Assembly (NCBI GenBank): GCA_051362555.1
Contig: CM120643.1
Span: 7,874,001-7,938,000 of the forward strand
DNA from: Lingula anatina
Lineage: Eukaryota > Animalia > Brachiopoda
Reading direction: 5' to 3'
Length of the DNA stretch: 64,000 bases
The notes beneath the pieces are model-generated. The model saw only the letters and a list, made by a program, of their open reading frames with translations. It was not told where the DNA came from and made no database searches. Below, piece after piece: positions 37,566 to 49,947 of the stretch. The translations under genes were made by a program, and so were the position numbers. Position 1 is the first letter of the stretch, and each line of letters opens with the position of its first letter.

Positions 37566-40500
37566 CTAAGCACTGCCAAATGTCTCATTGATTTTCCCCA
37601 TGTCAGTCAACATTGTGCCCTGCCTTGTGCTGGTATGTGTCACAGTATGCTCACCCGCCTGTCTCTTCTTGATCTTAGATGCAATTTCTTCATATACCGC
37701 TCGATTACAAACCAAGGACCCAAAGACGAAGACACCGTCAAGCGTCGCCAGGACAATAAAGACATACCACAGGGCATCTGTGTTGAGCAGGGACGCCAAA
37801 AATCCGAACGTCCAGTTTGAGCCCAGAAGGACAAACAGCTTGACGTATATGCCAGTCGGGTGCTCTTGGCTTGTGTTTTTTAACTTAGCTCTCCTGGCAA
37901 CCGCTTTACGCAACAGCCTCACACAGTGGATGTAGAGACCAAGATTGGAGACGATGATGACCCCGACCGGCGACACGAGGAAGATGATGAGTGGGTATTT
38001 ACGCGAAATCCAACACAATCCTATCCCGTATCCTGGCTGGAATGCTGGATCCATTTCAACATGGTCGATCACTATGGCGATGGTTACTATGGCCACGGGA
38101 ACAAGAAAAGCATACCTGCAATACAGGATGAAGAGACGCCTCTTGGCACCGGCAGTGTTAAACTTCATAGCGGCCGTGAAATTTAAGGCACGGCACATGT
38201 CGATGGTCAATACATTCATCCAGAAAAATGAGACGAGTATAGTCCAGTGTAACAGGATGGCCATAACTTTACAAACGCCTTCTGACGTCACAGCAAAGGG
38301 AGCAAGAAGGAAAATAAGTTTTGAAAATAGTAACGCCAAACACAGGCAAAGCTGTAAACGCGCTGGAAAAGTGGCGTACGTCTTGATACAGGGCTGAAGA
38401 ATGATCCGTCCCGAAAGGCAGATTATCGAAACACTCAAGCAGACGATGGTAACAAGTCCCATGGTGCCAGTTGCATTCAGTATCATAGGTGGCGGTAGTT
38501 TCTCCAAGACGCTCTCATTTTGCTGATGACCATACAGAGCGCTGATGTTTTTCAGCAGATCTGCACAGATCATTATAGTGCCATTAATGTCTTTATATTC
38601 CTTTGACTGTAAAACTCTATTAAATGAAGTTAACTTAATCATGTCATTTGCAGTCCATTTATATTCTGTGTCCCTTAGCCTCACGCGTTGGCAATCTACT
38701 TTCGAAAATACAGACGAAAGGTCATTCGACGGCAAAGGACCATCATTTGGTAAAGGATCGCCATCTGTTTTCTCCGAAATAGGGGGAAGACCATCGAAAA
38801 AAGATCTTGCCGTTGCTTCTTCCTCTTCTTCCAAGGTAAGGCCCTCGGCAGAGTAAACCTTATGGACGATTAAAGATTATTATTATTATCATTATTATTA
38901 TTATAATTACTGACTCTGGCTGAGATCACCTCTAAGCTAGGTATCAACCCGAAGCTGGGATACTTTCCGCTGTCGAAAGCGGAGGTCACTTAACCTAGCT
39001 GAGCGTTGATCCAGTCAAAGGTGACCAAAGTACGGACAAAGTCTACAACTCCTTTTTTTACATAATCATGAGATTTAAAATAGTTTTAAACAATTCAAAC
39101 ACTCACTGATGAGGGGTCTGGCTCATGCAGTTCACATGTTGATCCAAGATGGCGTAATGAATTGACTAGGGAGTCAAATACTATAATAATTGTTACCAAA
39201 CTTCAAAATTCGTGATATGTCCATAACGTAACAAAATGAATTAATGAATACATAAGAAATTGATTTACGTGTTTTTCAGGGTGCTTCGTTTACAACAACG
39301 ACAAACCTGTGAAACTGCCTACAGCCAAGCACGAAACAGCCAAACTGGTAGATAGACAGTTGGATATTAGCAAAGTGACAGCTCTGTTGATGTGAAAACT
39401 GGTTGACTTCACATTAATGTGCGAGTTGAGGAAATGAGATGTAAAATAAAAATTTGAGAGCTGCCGCACCGCGGCTGGTTCGGCAACTGGTTTTCATTTC
39501 CCACTTTTTGAGGCCTTTGCTTTCATGCGTTAGCACAGACAGTAGGCCTACATATCAGAATCGTCAATAGGAGTGCTAACGCATGAATTTTCGTGCTACC
39601 TACAGCCATCAACAGTATCATATAATAACCTTATTTTGCCAGGGCAAATAGCCCTGAAAGCCCTAAATGAAATTAAGTTACCTTTTGTATGTTGGTGTTC
39701 ACTTTCGCTAAAATAAAGGGAAATTTGGCGTCATCGTGCTGTAGGTGAGTACCTGACTGGATATCTTGGACGGCCGTCGTCACTCTCTCAGTGATATCCA
39801 GTCGTTTCCATCTCACACGAAGCTTCAGGCTCAGTGAGCAGTTGACGTTAGCCGCCTGAGGTTTGAAATGAATGTCGTTAAGAACAGTGTTTAAATACAA
39901 GGTTGACAAATACGCATTCCCTAGATTTGCTGCCCAGTTCAAAAGTACGTCTTTAGTGAAGGACCAGTCCATCTTAGCCCGTTCTGATGTAATATTCCAC
40001 GTAAGGTCGAAATCTACTAGATAGATATCCCACTGATAAAGACAAGTTCCATTTACCAGCACGTAATCTGGGAGGCACGAAATCGGCCGACAATCGCCGA
40101 AGCTAAAAGTCCCCTCTTTGCACGACAGGGTTTCAACCGCGCTTGCAACGTCCCTCCGTGAGAGGCCAACGTTGAGCCCCGTAGAGGGATTAAAGTCCAT
40201 GAGCACCGAGAAAGAAAAACTACTCAAATGGGGTGTAGCTGATCCGTCTCCACCAAATGGGATATCGAGATTAAAGCATTCTATCTCTGCAACTGGGGCG
40301 TTGTCACAAATAGCGCAGAACTGATTCTTGTACGCGGCGCCCCGAAAGCGGACAGGGTTGCTGAATTTCCTGCACATGTCTGCCATATGGGTGCTTTTGC
40401 ATGTTTCTGGGCACGTGGATATATCTACCCTTGTATCACACTTGTGTATTACTGCGGCATAAGGCGGATTGATCGTCAGGCGGCAGGCGGAGAACAAATC

Positions 40501-41631
40501 AAGTTCTGACAAGTCCAGTCTCGTGACGACATCTGTGCAATCGTAGTCACGAGACCAGAAAGTGTACTTCGTAACGTCATTGCAGAAAGCGCAGAACAGG
40601 TTTTTGAAGTGTAGACCTGTGGACAGATCGGTGACGGGGTTGATGAAGGCTACCTCGCTTCGCGTACTGAGACAGCCCTCCTCGTATTCACTGCCTCTCC
40701 AGTTGTCGGCGCACTGCTCCCCTAAAACTATTACTCCAATGAGACTATTGTCACTCCAACAGATCGCTTTGCTTGGAACACCGTCAACCTTTGTCTGACT
40801 TTCCGGCGCATTTCTTTTGCATACGTAGGGAAAGTCAAAACAACAATCTCCATATATTTCACAAAGATCGTTGCAAGAGCAAGCCATTTTAAGATCACTC
40901 TGAAAGCTAACGCTGTCTTGCTTCATTTCACCGAGAATCATTCCACAAGCACCGGAACAAGTGTACTTCCAGTGCGAAATTTCGTTTTCACAAGTCATAA
41001 TTGTAGAGGTATTTTGCATTAACGTCTCGGTGATGTTCGTGTTAGATGCACATAAGTCTTTCATCTCTCCTTGTGGTGCTGAAGTTGTTGGTAATCCATG
41101 TATTGGTAAGGGCTGTCCATATGGCGGCCAGAAGAGATCATTGTCTCCGTAATTGCCTTGATATTGATATGATTCCATATCCTCCAATGACTGGGTTGCA
41201 GTTTCGAAAGCATCAGTGGCACTGAAATTTCCGTCATGAACTCCGGACGCACCTGCAATAGATGCCTCGCTTGTAGCTGTTTTAGCAGCATCGATATTAC
41301 TAAAATTCGTGGAACCATCTCCTTGCTCGTTTGGCTGTGAGGAAGGGCTGGTTATTAAGCTGGTGGGGTCTTCTGTGGTATTTGCTGTTACGTTACCCTG
41401 CGTGTGCATGGACTTCTCTGTAATTTGGCATGGAGTGACAGAAGTCAAATCGTCAAGAGTAGGCCTACTAGTGTTTTGAAAGGACGCGTTTCTAGCTAGT
41501 CTCTCCCTGTCTTCTGCTCGTATGTATCTTACATTGCTATGTTGTTTCTGGCCGTCTATGGCACCAATCAGGGTAAAATTAATATTTGTAGTGGCCATAA
41601 TCAAAAACAACAAGTTCATCATCCACGCCAT
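37566..41631 (-). CDS. Secretin/adhesion-family (Methuselah-like) GPCR with somatomedin-B and Cys-rich ectodomain; exons 41631-39682 and 38858-37566 (~1080 aa)
   Basis: Signal peptide; S/T-rich stalk; SMB-like TCSGACG...CSCNDLCEIYGDCCFDFPYVC; repeated FKNLFCAFCN / YKNQFCAICD motifs; family-2 7TM (CKVMAILLHWTILVSFFWM, YGIGLCWI, KLFVLLGSNWTFG). CAAAAG|GTAACT and ATAAG|GTTTAC join in phase 0 with no stops. Confidence 0.9.
38877..39047 (-). other. Intronic structured element with (TAA)n tail (retroposon 3' end or ncRNA candidate)
   Basis: Nested complementary segments and a cUUCGg loop, followed by (AAT)n. See findings. Confidence 0.5.
39524..39585. mobile_element. 62-bp mini-element with 13-bp TIRs
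   Basis: CATGCGTTAGCAC...GTGCTAACGCATG. The internal ACATATCAGAAtCGTCAATAGGAGTGCTAA also occurs at ~26327-26357. No clear TSD. Confidence 0.55.
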
Positions 41632-42611
41632 GCTGGCTTATAACACATAGAACATAAATATGAATATCGTTATTGACAACCTTGAGGTTCAGTGGACTTT
41701 CATAAATAAACGTCGTTTGCACGTAAATGAATGCTTATTTCGACGGAATTTTAAGTTTGAATTCTTTGATGATCAATGAACAAGGTCATACTCCTTTACA
41801 GGTACCGCGGCAAATACAATTAGCACTAACAAAGACCAGTCTTATTATTACCAGAGTATTCTGTTGCAGTTCCTGTAAGACTCTTGGTATTAGTGGCGCA
41901 TACATCAAGAATTCTCCACGTACAACTAGGTTACAACAGAGATCCTAGTGCATGCCGTAGACACCTGACTTCTCTTTCTTTATAAAGAAAAACAAATGTC
42001 TGATTTAACTGCGTCTGTTAGAGTATAAATACACTGATGTCATTTTACACTTTTGTAAAAGTTAAAATTTTTTGGTTTTTATGGTGTTTTCTGAAATCTT
42101 ACCAACATGTACACTATGGCGTACAAACTGTTTATACATATTCTTGGCAGCGCCTGCTTATGTCCTTTAGATTGATGACAAATCAACGTATAGGTATGCT
42201 CGCCTGTGCCCTTCCCTCATTGATGAATAGTTTGGACAACGTTTTTCTGTCTGTTTGTCTGTTAATTCTCTCTTTTCCATCAACAGCTACATCTACTTGT
42301 AACAACTGATGCGACCCTTTTTATAGCGCGCGGTTGCTGCGATGTCTTTCCTACGCTTTTTGCAATCAATAAGCAAATTGATGTTGAATCGTGTCTGGTC
42401 TTAAAATAAGTGGGAGGCATGAATAAAACATGGCGATTGATACATTTGTATATCACATGTAAAACTAACATCGTGTGAACAAGGATGTAACGGGTGCGCC
42501 TATAGTTTATGGACATTTACAATAAACATTTAATTTATATTTTTTATCAGCAAAGATTAATTACCTTCTTTAATTGTCATGGATACATCATTTCATATGA
42601 AACGCACGACA

Positions 42612-42870
42612 TTATTACCTCCGACAAGGAGGTTATGTTTTCATCCCTGTTTGTCTGTCTGTCTTTCTGTCTGTCTGTCATCAACATAACTAAAAAAGTT
42701 ATGGACCGATTTTGATGAAATTTTAGGAACTGTCAGAAGTGCGCCAAGGAACAGATGATTAGTTTTTGGTGGTGATCTAGATCAATAATCAATCAATAAT
42801 CAATAATAATAATAATAATAATACATTGCTGCCTTGGCGGAGGTCTGCGCCCTCGGAGTGCTTTTCTAGT
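42612..42870 (+). mobile_element. Non-autonomous Helentron/DINE-1-like element, copy 2
   Basis: TTATTACCTCCGACAAGGAGGTTATG...(GTCT)n...CCTTGGCGGAGGTCTGCGCCCTCGGAGTGCTTTTCTAGT. Confidence 0.8.
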
Positions 42871-43366
42871 CATTTATCATATATTATTTATCATTCTAAT
42901 TTTATCTTTTACCTCAAAGCACCCAGGCAATCGGAGTTGCTTTATTGTTGGAAATATTTTATTAACGTTGCATTTGAGAGAGTGCGTGTGGTTAACACTA
43001 ATCGAGTCGTGTGTGTGAACAGGCCATTAGCAGGGCAGACCATACAACATTGGCGCGTTTACGGCGTGTGTTTTGGTAACGTGAACATGTGTTCAGCGAT
43101 AGTAACCAGATATAATTTTATTTTCACGGTATTCATATACATGTAATAGTCCATTTTTACAAGTCCATGACCTTACAGTATGTTTTATAACTATGGTTTG
43201 AAGCTACAAATGAAGTATCAGGGTTATGCTATTCTGCATATTAAACCACAAACCAAGGCGTTTTTAAAATTTATTATTCATTTTCAAAAACTTCCTCTTC
43301 TCGAAATGGATATTAATTATTCAAGACAGCTAGGCCAGTCAGGCGCCCGACTCCTTGATCACTAAA

Positions 43367-43582
43367 GCCCCATTTACACTGGACGGCGTCCTTTCTGCGT
43401 CCTTTGTGCGATAGGGGAAACCGACGTCGCTGTGGTCGTAATTAGGAGGCCGAAGCACTGCTTTGGTTGCAGAATGAATGATCAATGATCGGCCACTTGT
43501 CGGCACGTAAAATATTCTTTTTTAAATCTCAAATGGGGTCGTACTACGGGACGCAGAAAGGACGCCGTTCAGTGTAAAGGGG
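43367..43582. mobile_element. MITE with ~30-bp TIRs
   Basis: TTTACACTGGACGGCGTCCTTTCTGCGTCC...GGACGCAGAAAGGACGCCGTTCAGTGTAAA. Confidence 0.8.
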
Positions 43583-43980
43583 AAGCATTCAAAGGGCATT
43601 CAATTAATACCACTTGTGCTGCGTGCAAAACCACTAAAGATTAGTTTCATTTGGGCCTACCGCACTCTTTGCACACCTGTATCAAAATAGTTATTACTTT
43701 GTCTGATTGGCATCAACCACAACAAACAAGTACAGGCACCGTGGGGTATTACGGTTTCTGTTTCGTGAAATCGGACTGATGATTGTTCCGCTATGCCTGT
43801 TTTTGCCTGTTTTTACTTTCTTAATACAAGACTATGGCCTGTCAGGCAATGAATCGTATGATTTTACATACACGCAGAAGGTAAACTACACCATAGATGG
43901 GCTCTTCACATAACAGCGGTACAAGTATGTGGGAATACTCTGCATTTGCATGTAGCTGACCAAAATTTAATTACTCAATA

Positions 43981-46900
43981 TCTCCTTAAGACGGAAAAAT
44001 CTCGTGCCGTGTACAAGAAATATGATTATCCGTCTTATAGCATTATGTATACAGATGACAGTCTGTTAGATTCATTAAAATGTATGACCATTAACGGATC
44101 AGCCTTTACTGAATATAAATGACAAAAAAACAATCGTGCTAATGGACGCTGAATATTTTAAGAAATCGTTGTAGCTGCAGTAACGCCCATTTGCCGGTTT
44201 AATAACCCTTTGGAACTCAGTGCAAAATCGGTAGATCATTAAAAGAATACGTCCACAGGTATTTGTATGGCTAGGGTTTCTCTTTTTTTAAATTGATTTT
44301 GTTCTTTAATGGAATGTATGGGTATTCAACTAAACGTTTCACAACGCAACAAAAAGATATATGAAATAGATGGCCAGAAAATTAAAGAAAGCTTTTGGTG
44401 AATAATATTGTCACAAATGTTCAAGTAAAACTGTGGAAATGGATACCGTTATTTGTTAAAAGACAACAGTGTATTGGGAAGTTCAGGGAATGCACTCCCC
44501 CCTTCCCCCTTGCAGACATTTTTCAATACAAAGTTCCATGTTGGCTTTTTTGCAGTGCTTCTCTGGGGGTTCAATTACTAGAATCCAAATTTATTTAATA
44601 GAATTTAAACATAAAATACAAGTTAAACAAAAAGGATTATTTGATTTATGTACATGTGAATGCATAAGTCAGGCGAGGCACATTAGATGAGACGAGTTCA
44701 CAGAGATATACAGTGTACCTAAGCTGTAAAAAGCAGCGTGGGTATAACCGTTGAGTTAAAAGAGAATCTATGCTTTTATGGGTACCAAGTGGTATTTTTG
44801 TAGATCACTTTGCTAATTGTAACTGTCGCCAGGTGTGCGAGAAAGGTACCACAGACGATGTTTCACTTTTAGTATTGTGGGTGCCCTTTTTTTCAATAAA
44901 AGGCAAAATAAAAAGCCGGCAAATTAACCTGTGACGTGTCTGTCTCTTACATGTTCCAATGCATGTACAGTGAAGGTGGTCCATATGTACAAAGTAGTGC
45001 ATATTTTGCCGTTAAAGTTGTATATTATGATACGTTTGAGGCACATATATTGTCTGCTTTCTATCACCAAGAAAGCATAGCCTTATCTTCTCATACATTC
45101 TAGCGCATGCGCAGAAAGGCTTTTCTCTGTTTTTCTCGAATGACGTCAGTGGTCAGGCAAAATAAGATGCAATTTTAGAAGTGCTGGTCGCTGTCACCAA
45201 ACTCCTGTGAAGAGATGTCTCCTTAAGACGGAAAAATCTCGTGCCGTGTACAAGAAATATGATTATCCGTCTTATAGCATTATGTATACAGATGACAGTT
45301 GTTCGATTCATTAAAATGTATGACCATTAATGGATCAGTCTTTACTGAATATAAATGACAAAAAACCAATCGTGCTAATGGTCGCTGAATATTTTAAGAA
45401 ATCGTTGTAGCTGTAGTAACGCCCATTTGCCGGTTTAATAACCCCTTGAAACTCAGTGCAAAATCGGTAGATCATTAAAAGAATACGTCCACACTGGCAC
45501 AGGTATTTGTATGGCTAGGGTTTCTCTTATTTTTAAAATTGATTTTATTCTTTCATGGAATGTATGGGTATTCATTTTGTATCAACTGAACGTTTCACAA
45601 CGCAACAAAAACATATATGAAATAGATGGCCAGAAAATTACATACAATTATCACTTTATTCGTGCTTCGGCATTTGGTACACTAAAATCGACAAAGGTTC
45701 TTCATTTAATTTGAAATTCCTGTGCAATATTAATTTTAAATATTCGTATGCAGAAAGTTTTTGATGAATAATATTGTCACAAATGTTCAAGTAAAACCGT
45801 GAAATTGATACCGTAATTTGTTAAAAGACAACAGTGTATTGGAAAGTTCAGGGAATGCACTCCCCCTTCCCCCTTGCAGACATTTCTTAATACAAAATTC
45901 CATGTTGGCTTTTTTGAAGTGCTTCTCTGGTGGTTCAATTACTAGAATCCAAATTTATTTAATAGAATTTAAACATAAAATACAAGTTAAACAAAAAGGA
46001 TTATTTGATTTATGCACATGTGAAAGCAGAAGTCAGGCGAGGCACATTAGATGAGACGAGTTCACAGAGATACAGTGTACCTAAGCTGTAAAAAGCAGCG
46101 TGGGTATAACCGTTGAGTTTAAAGAGAATCTATGCTTTTATGGGTAACAAGTGGTATTTTTGAAGATCACTTTGCTAATTGTAACTGTCGCCAGGTGTGC
46201 GAGAAAGGTACCACTGACGATGTTTGACTTTTAGTATTGTAGGTGCCCTTTTTTTTCAATAAAAGGCAAAATAAAAAGCCGACAAATTAACCTGTGACGT
46301 GTCTGTCTGTTACATGTTCTAATACATGTACAGTGAAGGTGGCCTGTATGTACATAGTAGTGCATCTTTTGCCGTTAAAGTTGTATATTATGATACGTTT
46401 GAGGCACATATATTGCCTGCTTTCTATCACCAAGAAAGCATAGCCTTAGCTTCTCATACATTCTAGCGCATGCGCAGAAAGACTCTTAGTTTTTCTCGAA
46501 TGGCGTCAGTGGTCAGGCAAAATAAGATGGAATTGCAGAAGTGCTGGTCGCTGTCACCAAACTCCTGTGAAGAGAAAGGAGAATTACATGTATATAACTT
46601 AAAGTAATATTGGTGCTAGTAAACCATATAAAACAAACGTCATTGACTCAAAAAATTTCAAAAACTTCACAGTGCACTGACATATACCGGTACTATCTGT
46701 ACTATGTAAAACTCGTACAAGCCTACATGTAGGCCAATTTGGAAGTCATTTTGGGGACTTCAAGATGCTTTAAATAATTTAAGTGCTGATATACAGGTAC
46801 ATGTACCCCAATAGTTGGAATTATCATCCCAACTTGTGTATTTAGCCTATAAGCATTCGTTTTCAATCGTTCTAATTTGGTTTAGGACACCGAAATATGT

Positions 46901-47280
46901 AAGTACCAAAATATGTAAAAATAAAAATAATAGTCATAATAAACATTTTATAAAGAAAATGTTAAAAGACGCACCTGAAGTATAATAATCAACGCTGACA
47001 TATCCGAAGGCTGATACACTCCTGTGGCAAGGAAGAAACAGATGGTGCCCCAAATGCATGTACAGGCTATGAGACCGATTTCATGCATCAGTTCTGTTTA
47101 GCCCGTGGCCATGGGCTTCACATGAATATGCTGCCAGTAAATTTTAACGCAGTAGACCATATACTGCACATATACATATATGATAGAATAAACTGCTATA
47201 GGCCTACCGCTTTGCAATGTGGACCACAAATATTAATTTATGTGCGCATGAATTCATTTGAGTCTCTAAAACTAGTTGAC
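43981..47280 (+). mobile_element. Helitron-like repeat in head-to-tail tandem: partial copy B (43981-45217) then longer copy C (45218-47280)
   Basis: Both copies begin TCTCCTTAAGACGGAAAAATCTCGTGCC. B stops after CTCCTGTGAAGAGA; C continues in register with copy A. Confidence 0.65.
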
Positions 47281-47339
47281 TGGAAATCAAAAGTCGTACC
47301 TTCATCTGACTTTAGAAACAATTATCTGTTGAATAAAGG

Positions 47340-48690
47340 AACTTTTATCTCCAGTGACGGAAAAAATTAATTTTATGAAACAAGAAGTTGAAAATATAAT
47401 TAAGTCACAAAACGAGCACATTAAAATACTGGAGGAAAAAGCCGCCCAGCTTTCAAATGAAATCCAAGAAAAGGATAGGCAAATAAGTGACCTGAAGACA
47501 CGTCAAATTCTGTTTAGATGCGAGCAAAAGCGGCGTCGAGAACTCTGACCTGAGTATAATAATCTCGAACCTGCAAGAAAACCCTAATGAGGATCTTGAA
47601 AATAAGGTTAGTCAGGTATTGATGACCGTAATGACGCATGGTGAAACTGGTGAGGAGGCCCCAGTGATACCCAGGATCCAGGCATGTCGCAGACTTCCAG
47701 GCAGAAATGGAAAACCAGGGCCCCGTATCTCGAAAGCATCGCGCATTGCGACCGTTCCCAAGCGTCTCGATTCCATAACTCGCCCATACTCGCAACGTAT
47801 AATACATTGAAGCTTCTTTGTGATATCGCTTTTCGAAATACGCGATGCTTTCGAGATACGGGGCCCAGGGATTGTGAAAATTGCGTTCCTCAGCTAGGAG
47901 GAGAATATTGCAGTAGTGAGGAGGAAAACTAACGTTCGTTATGGTACAGACCCGAGAGTACGGAAGGTGTGGATCCGAGCAAGTGAATCCCATACTGAAA
48001 GGATCATGGACAAAAATATGGAGTTTTTACTCAACTATATTCCGGGCGGAAATCGTTTTTATATCACAAATGACGGTATAATCCGGGAGAAATCTGCAGA
48101 ACAAATCAGACGCGACGAGGAAAAGGAGCGGAGCAGAAATGGCACAAATTCGAATCAAAATACCAATACACAAAACTTTGGGTCTACGCAGCATTCGCAA
48201 ATAAACATATCCGCGCAAATGGCAGGAGCTCCGCAAGTACTCCCAAGAATGCCGATACAATACCAGAGAATTCCAGCGCCAACAAATACAGCACCAACTG
48301 GAAATTATTTCGCAATAGGCCCACGCTAGGACAAATGCACCCAGTCGATATGCGGACTGAGACTTGGGTCGCAAAACCAGGCGGGATGGACAGATGAGAA
48401 TAAACAGTTAAGGGAGAGCATTATAAAAACATCAGGCTACGATATATTTGTTGTGCAGGAAACTCATGCAAACCCAAATAATAGTAACTTATTTAATATA
48501 GAAGGATATACTGTATGTTTATAAATCACCCTAGGTTTGCTAAACATAAGAACGCGCCTCATAATTTTGGGTGTGTGGGCATTTTTCTGAAAAACAGTGT
48601 GTTAGATGAATATTAACTATCGGTGGTAGATAAGTCTGTAGACGGAATCTTAGGAATAGAACTAATACATAAACCTACTGATAGAAATAT
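47340..48690 (+). mobile_element. Degenerate LINE 5' portion: ORF1 followed by the N-terminus of an APE endonuclease
   Basis: Coiled coil, then ...GKPGIVKIAF...KVWIRASESHTERIMDKN...; next frame LRLGSQNQAGW...DIFVVQETH...IEGY...GCVGIFLKNS...VDGILGIELIHK. Contains stops and is 3'-truncated. Confidence 0.8.
47719..47865. mobile_element. Harbinger-type MITE with CAG TSD, inserted in the LINE ORF1
   Basis: cag|GGCCCCGTATCTCGAAAGCATCGCG...CGCGATGCTTTCGAGATACGGGGCC|cag. Removing it restores GKPGIVK. Confidence 0.9.
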
Positions 48691-49069
48691 TATGGAAATG
48701 GAAGTTTTGATGGTGTTTCAAAAGTCTGCCCCAGAAGATGTAGCTGCCCAGTACGCAAATGGTAGTATAAGCAAAAAGGATCTTGCTAGCCAATGCTTCA
48801 CTAATAATGATAAGGGTGAGATAAAGCTTAGATAAAGTCATGCATATTATTATCAGATTCAATTTCAAATGGGAATCACTGGAAGAGAATGGTGTGACTT
48901 TGTACTCTGGTCACCAAAGGGACGACCCAGTGTTCAGAGAATTCAGAAAGACAATGCCTTTGTAAAAGAGATGTTTAAGTCTTGTAGAAATCTATGGAAA
49001 TCGGCTTTTGCTTACGAGATATTTGAAATGAGAGCACCTCGAGGGCTGAAACCATTCATAGTGGTTTAA
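48690..49069 (+). mobile_element. YqaJ-like (lambda exonuclease fold) C-terminal fragment, of the type carried by ISL2EU-like DNA transposons
   Basis: GEIKLR*SHAYYYQIQFQMGITGREWCDFVLWSP...VQRIQKD; one in-frame stop. Confidence 0.75.
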
Positions 49070-49070
49070 A

Positions 49071-49140
49071 TAGTGTATTCAAAGAATGTGTGTTTAGAGT
49101 ATTCAAAGAATGTGTGTTTAGTGTATTCAAAGAATGTGTA
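49071..49140. repeat. Short tandem repeat, about 3 copies
   Basis: AGTGTATTCAAAGAATGTGTGTTT repeated. Confidence 0.9.
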
Positions 49141-49908
49141 TTGTTGAAATGAGTAGTAAACCATCCTTTGATCTTTGAAAATAATACGCTTTCAGTCCCA
49201 GGATACAAACTGGTTTAATTAAAATTCAGGTGATACTTCGGCACTAATGCGATGTTTCTCCCACCCGGTTAACCTCTCATTTTTAATCTTAATCAAAGTT
49301 TTGTGGTGTTTTTGACCAATGTCTCATTCTTTATCTATATGTTTCCACACAGCAATAAAAACGACTCGCATGGACTGCATGGAGTTTCTAAAAAAATTTA
49401 ATAATAAGATTATAAGAACATGAATTGCCAAACTAATTTGTTTGAGTAGTGGAGACATTGCTCAAACCACACTGATTAATAAAGAAAAGGTATGGAATAT
49501 CACAGAGTTAGATAGTGGGAGATACTGCAAAGGGGCCAAAACTTCTAAATGATATAGAGGAGTAAAAGTGTACTTTATTTTTTGCAAGCTGTAGGGCCAC
49601 TTTTATCAAAATTTGGACTGCAGTTATTTACTTGTGTTTGTACATTGTTTCAGGACACACCATGCAACAGCAACCCAAGTTAAGCATGCAAGAAGGGGAG
49701 CTGCAAATAGAGGGACTATTCGTGGAGGCTCTCAAACAAGTTGAGGATGATGTCATACTACAGAAGTCAGCCAGGGGTAGGGAAACTGCACACAGAGCCC
49801 AGGAAGTGAGACAGAAAATGCCACTCAATGAAAACAATTACACAATTAAACAATTTGGGAAAATACCTGAAATGTGCATCGGAACTAAGATTAATGTCAA
49901 TCTGATGA

Positions 49909-49947
<39 letters not shown>

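Noticed and set aside
37515-38856. Multiple plus-strand ORFs
   Set aside because: Antisense shadows of the minus-strand GPCR exon; the same applies to 40118-41152.
49652-49806. Exon-like segment (ttcag|GACAC...GAA|gtgag)
   Set aside because: Isolated, with no partner exons or recognisable domain, so a gene call cannot be supported.
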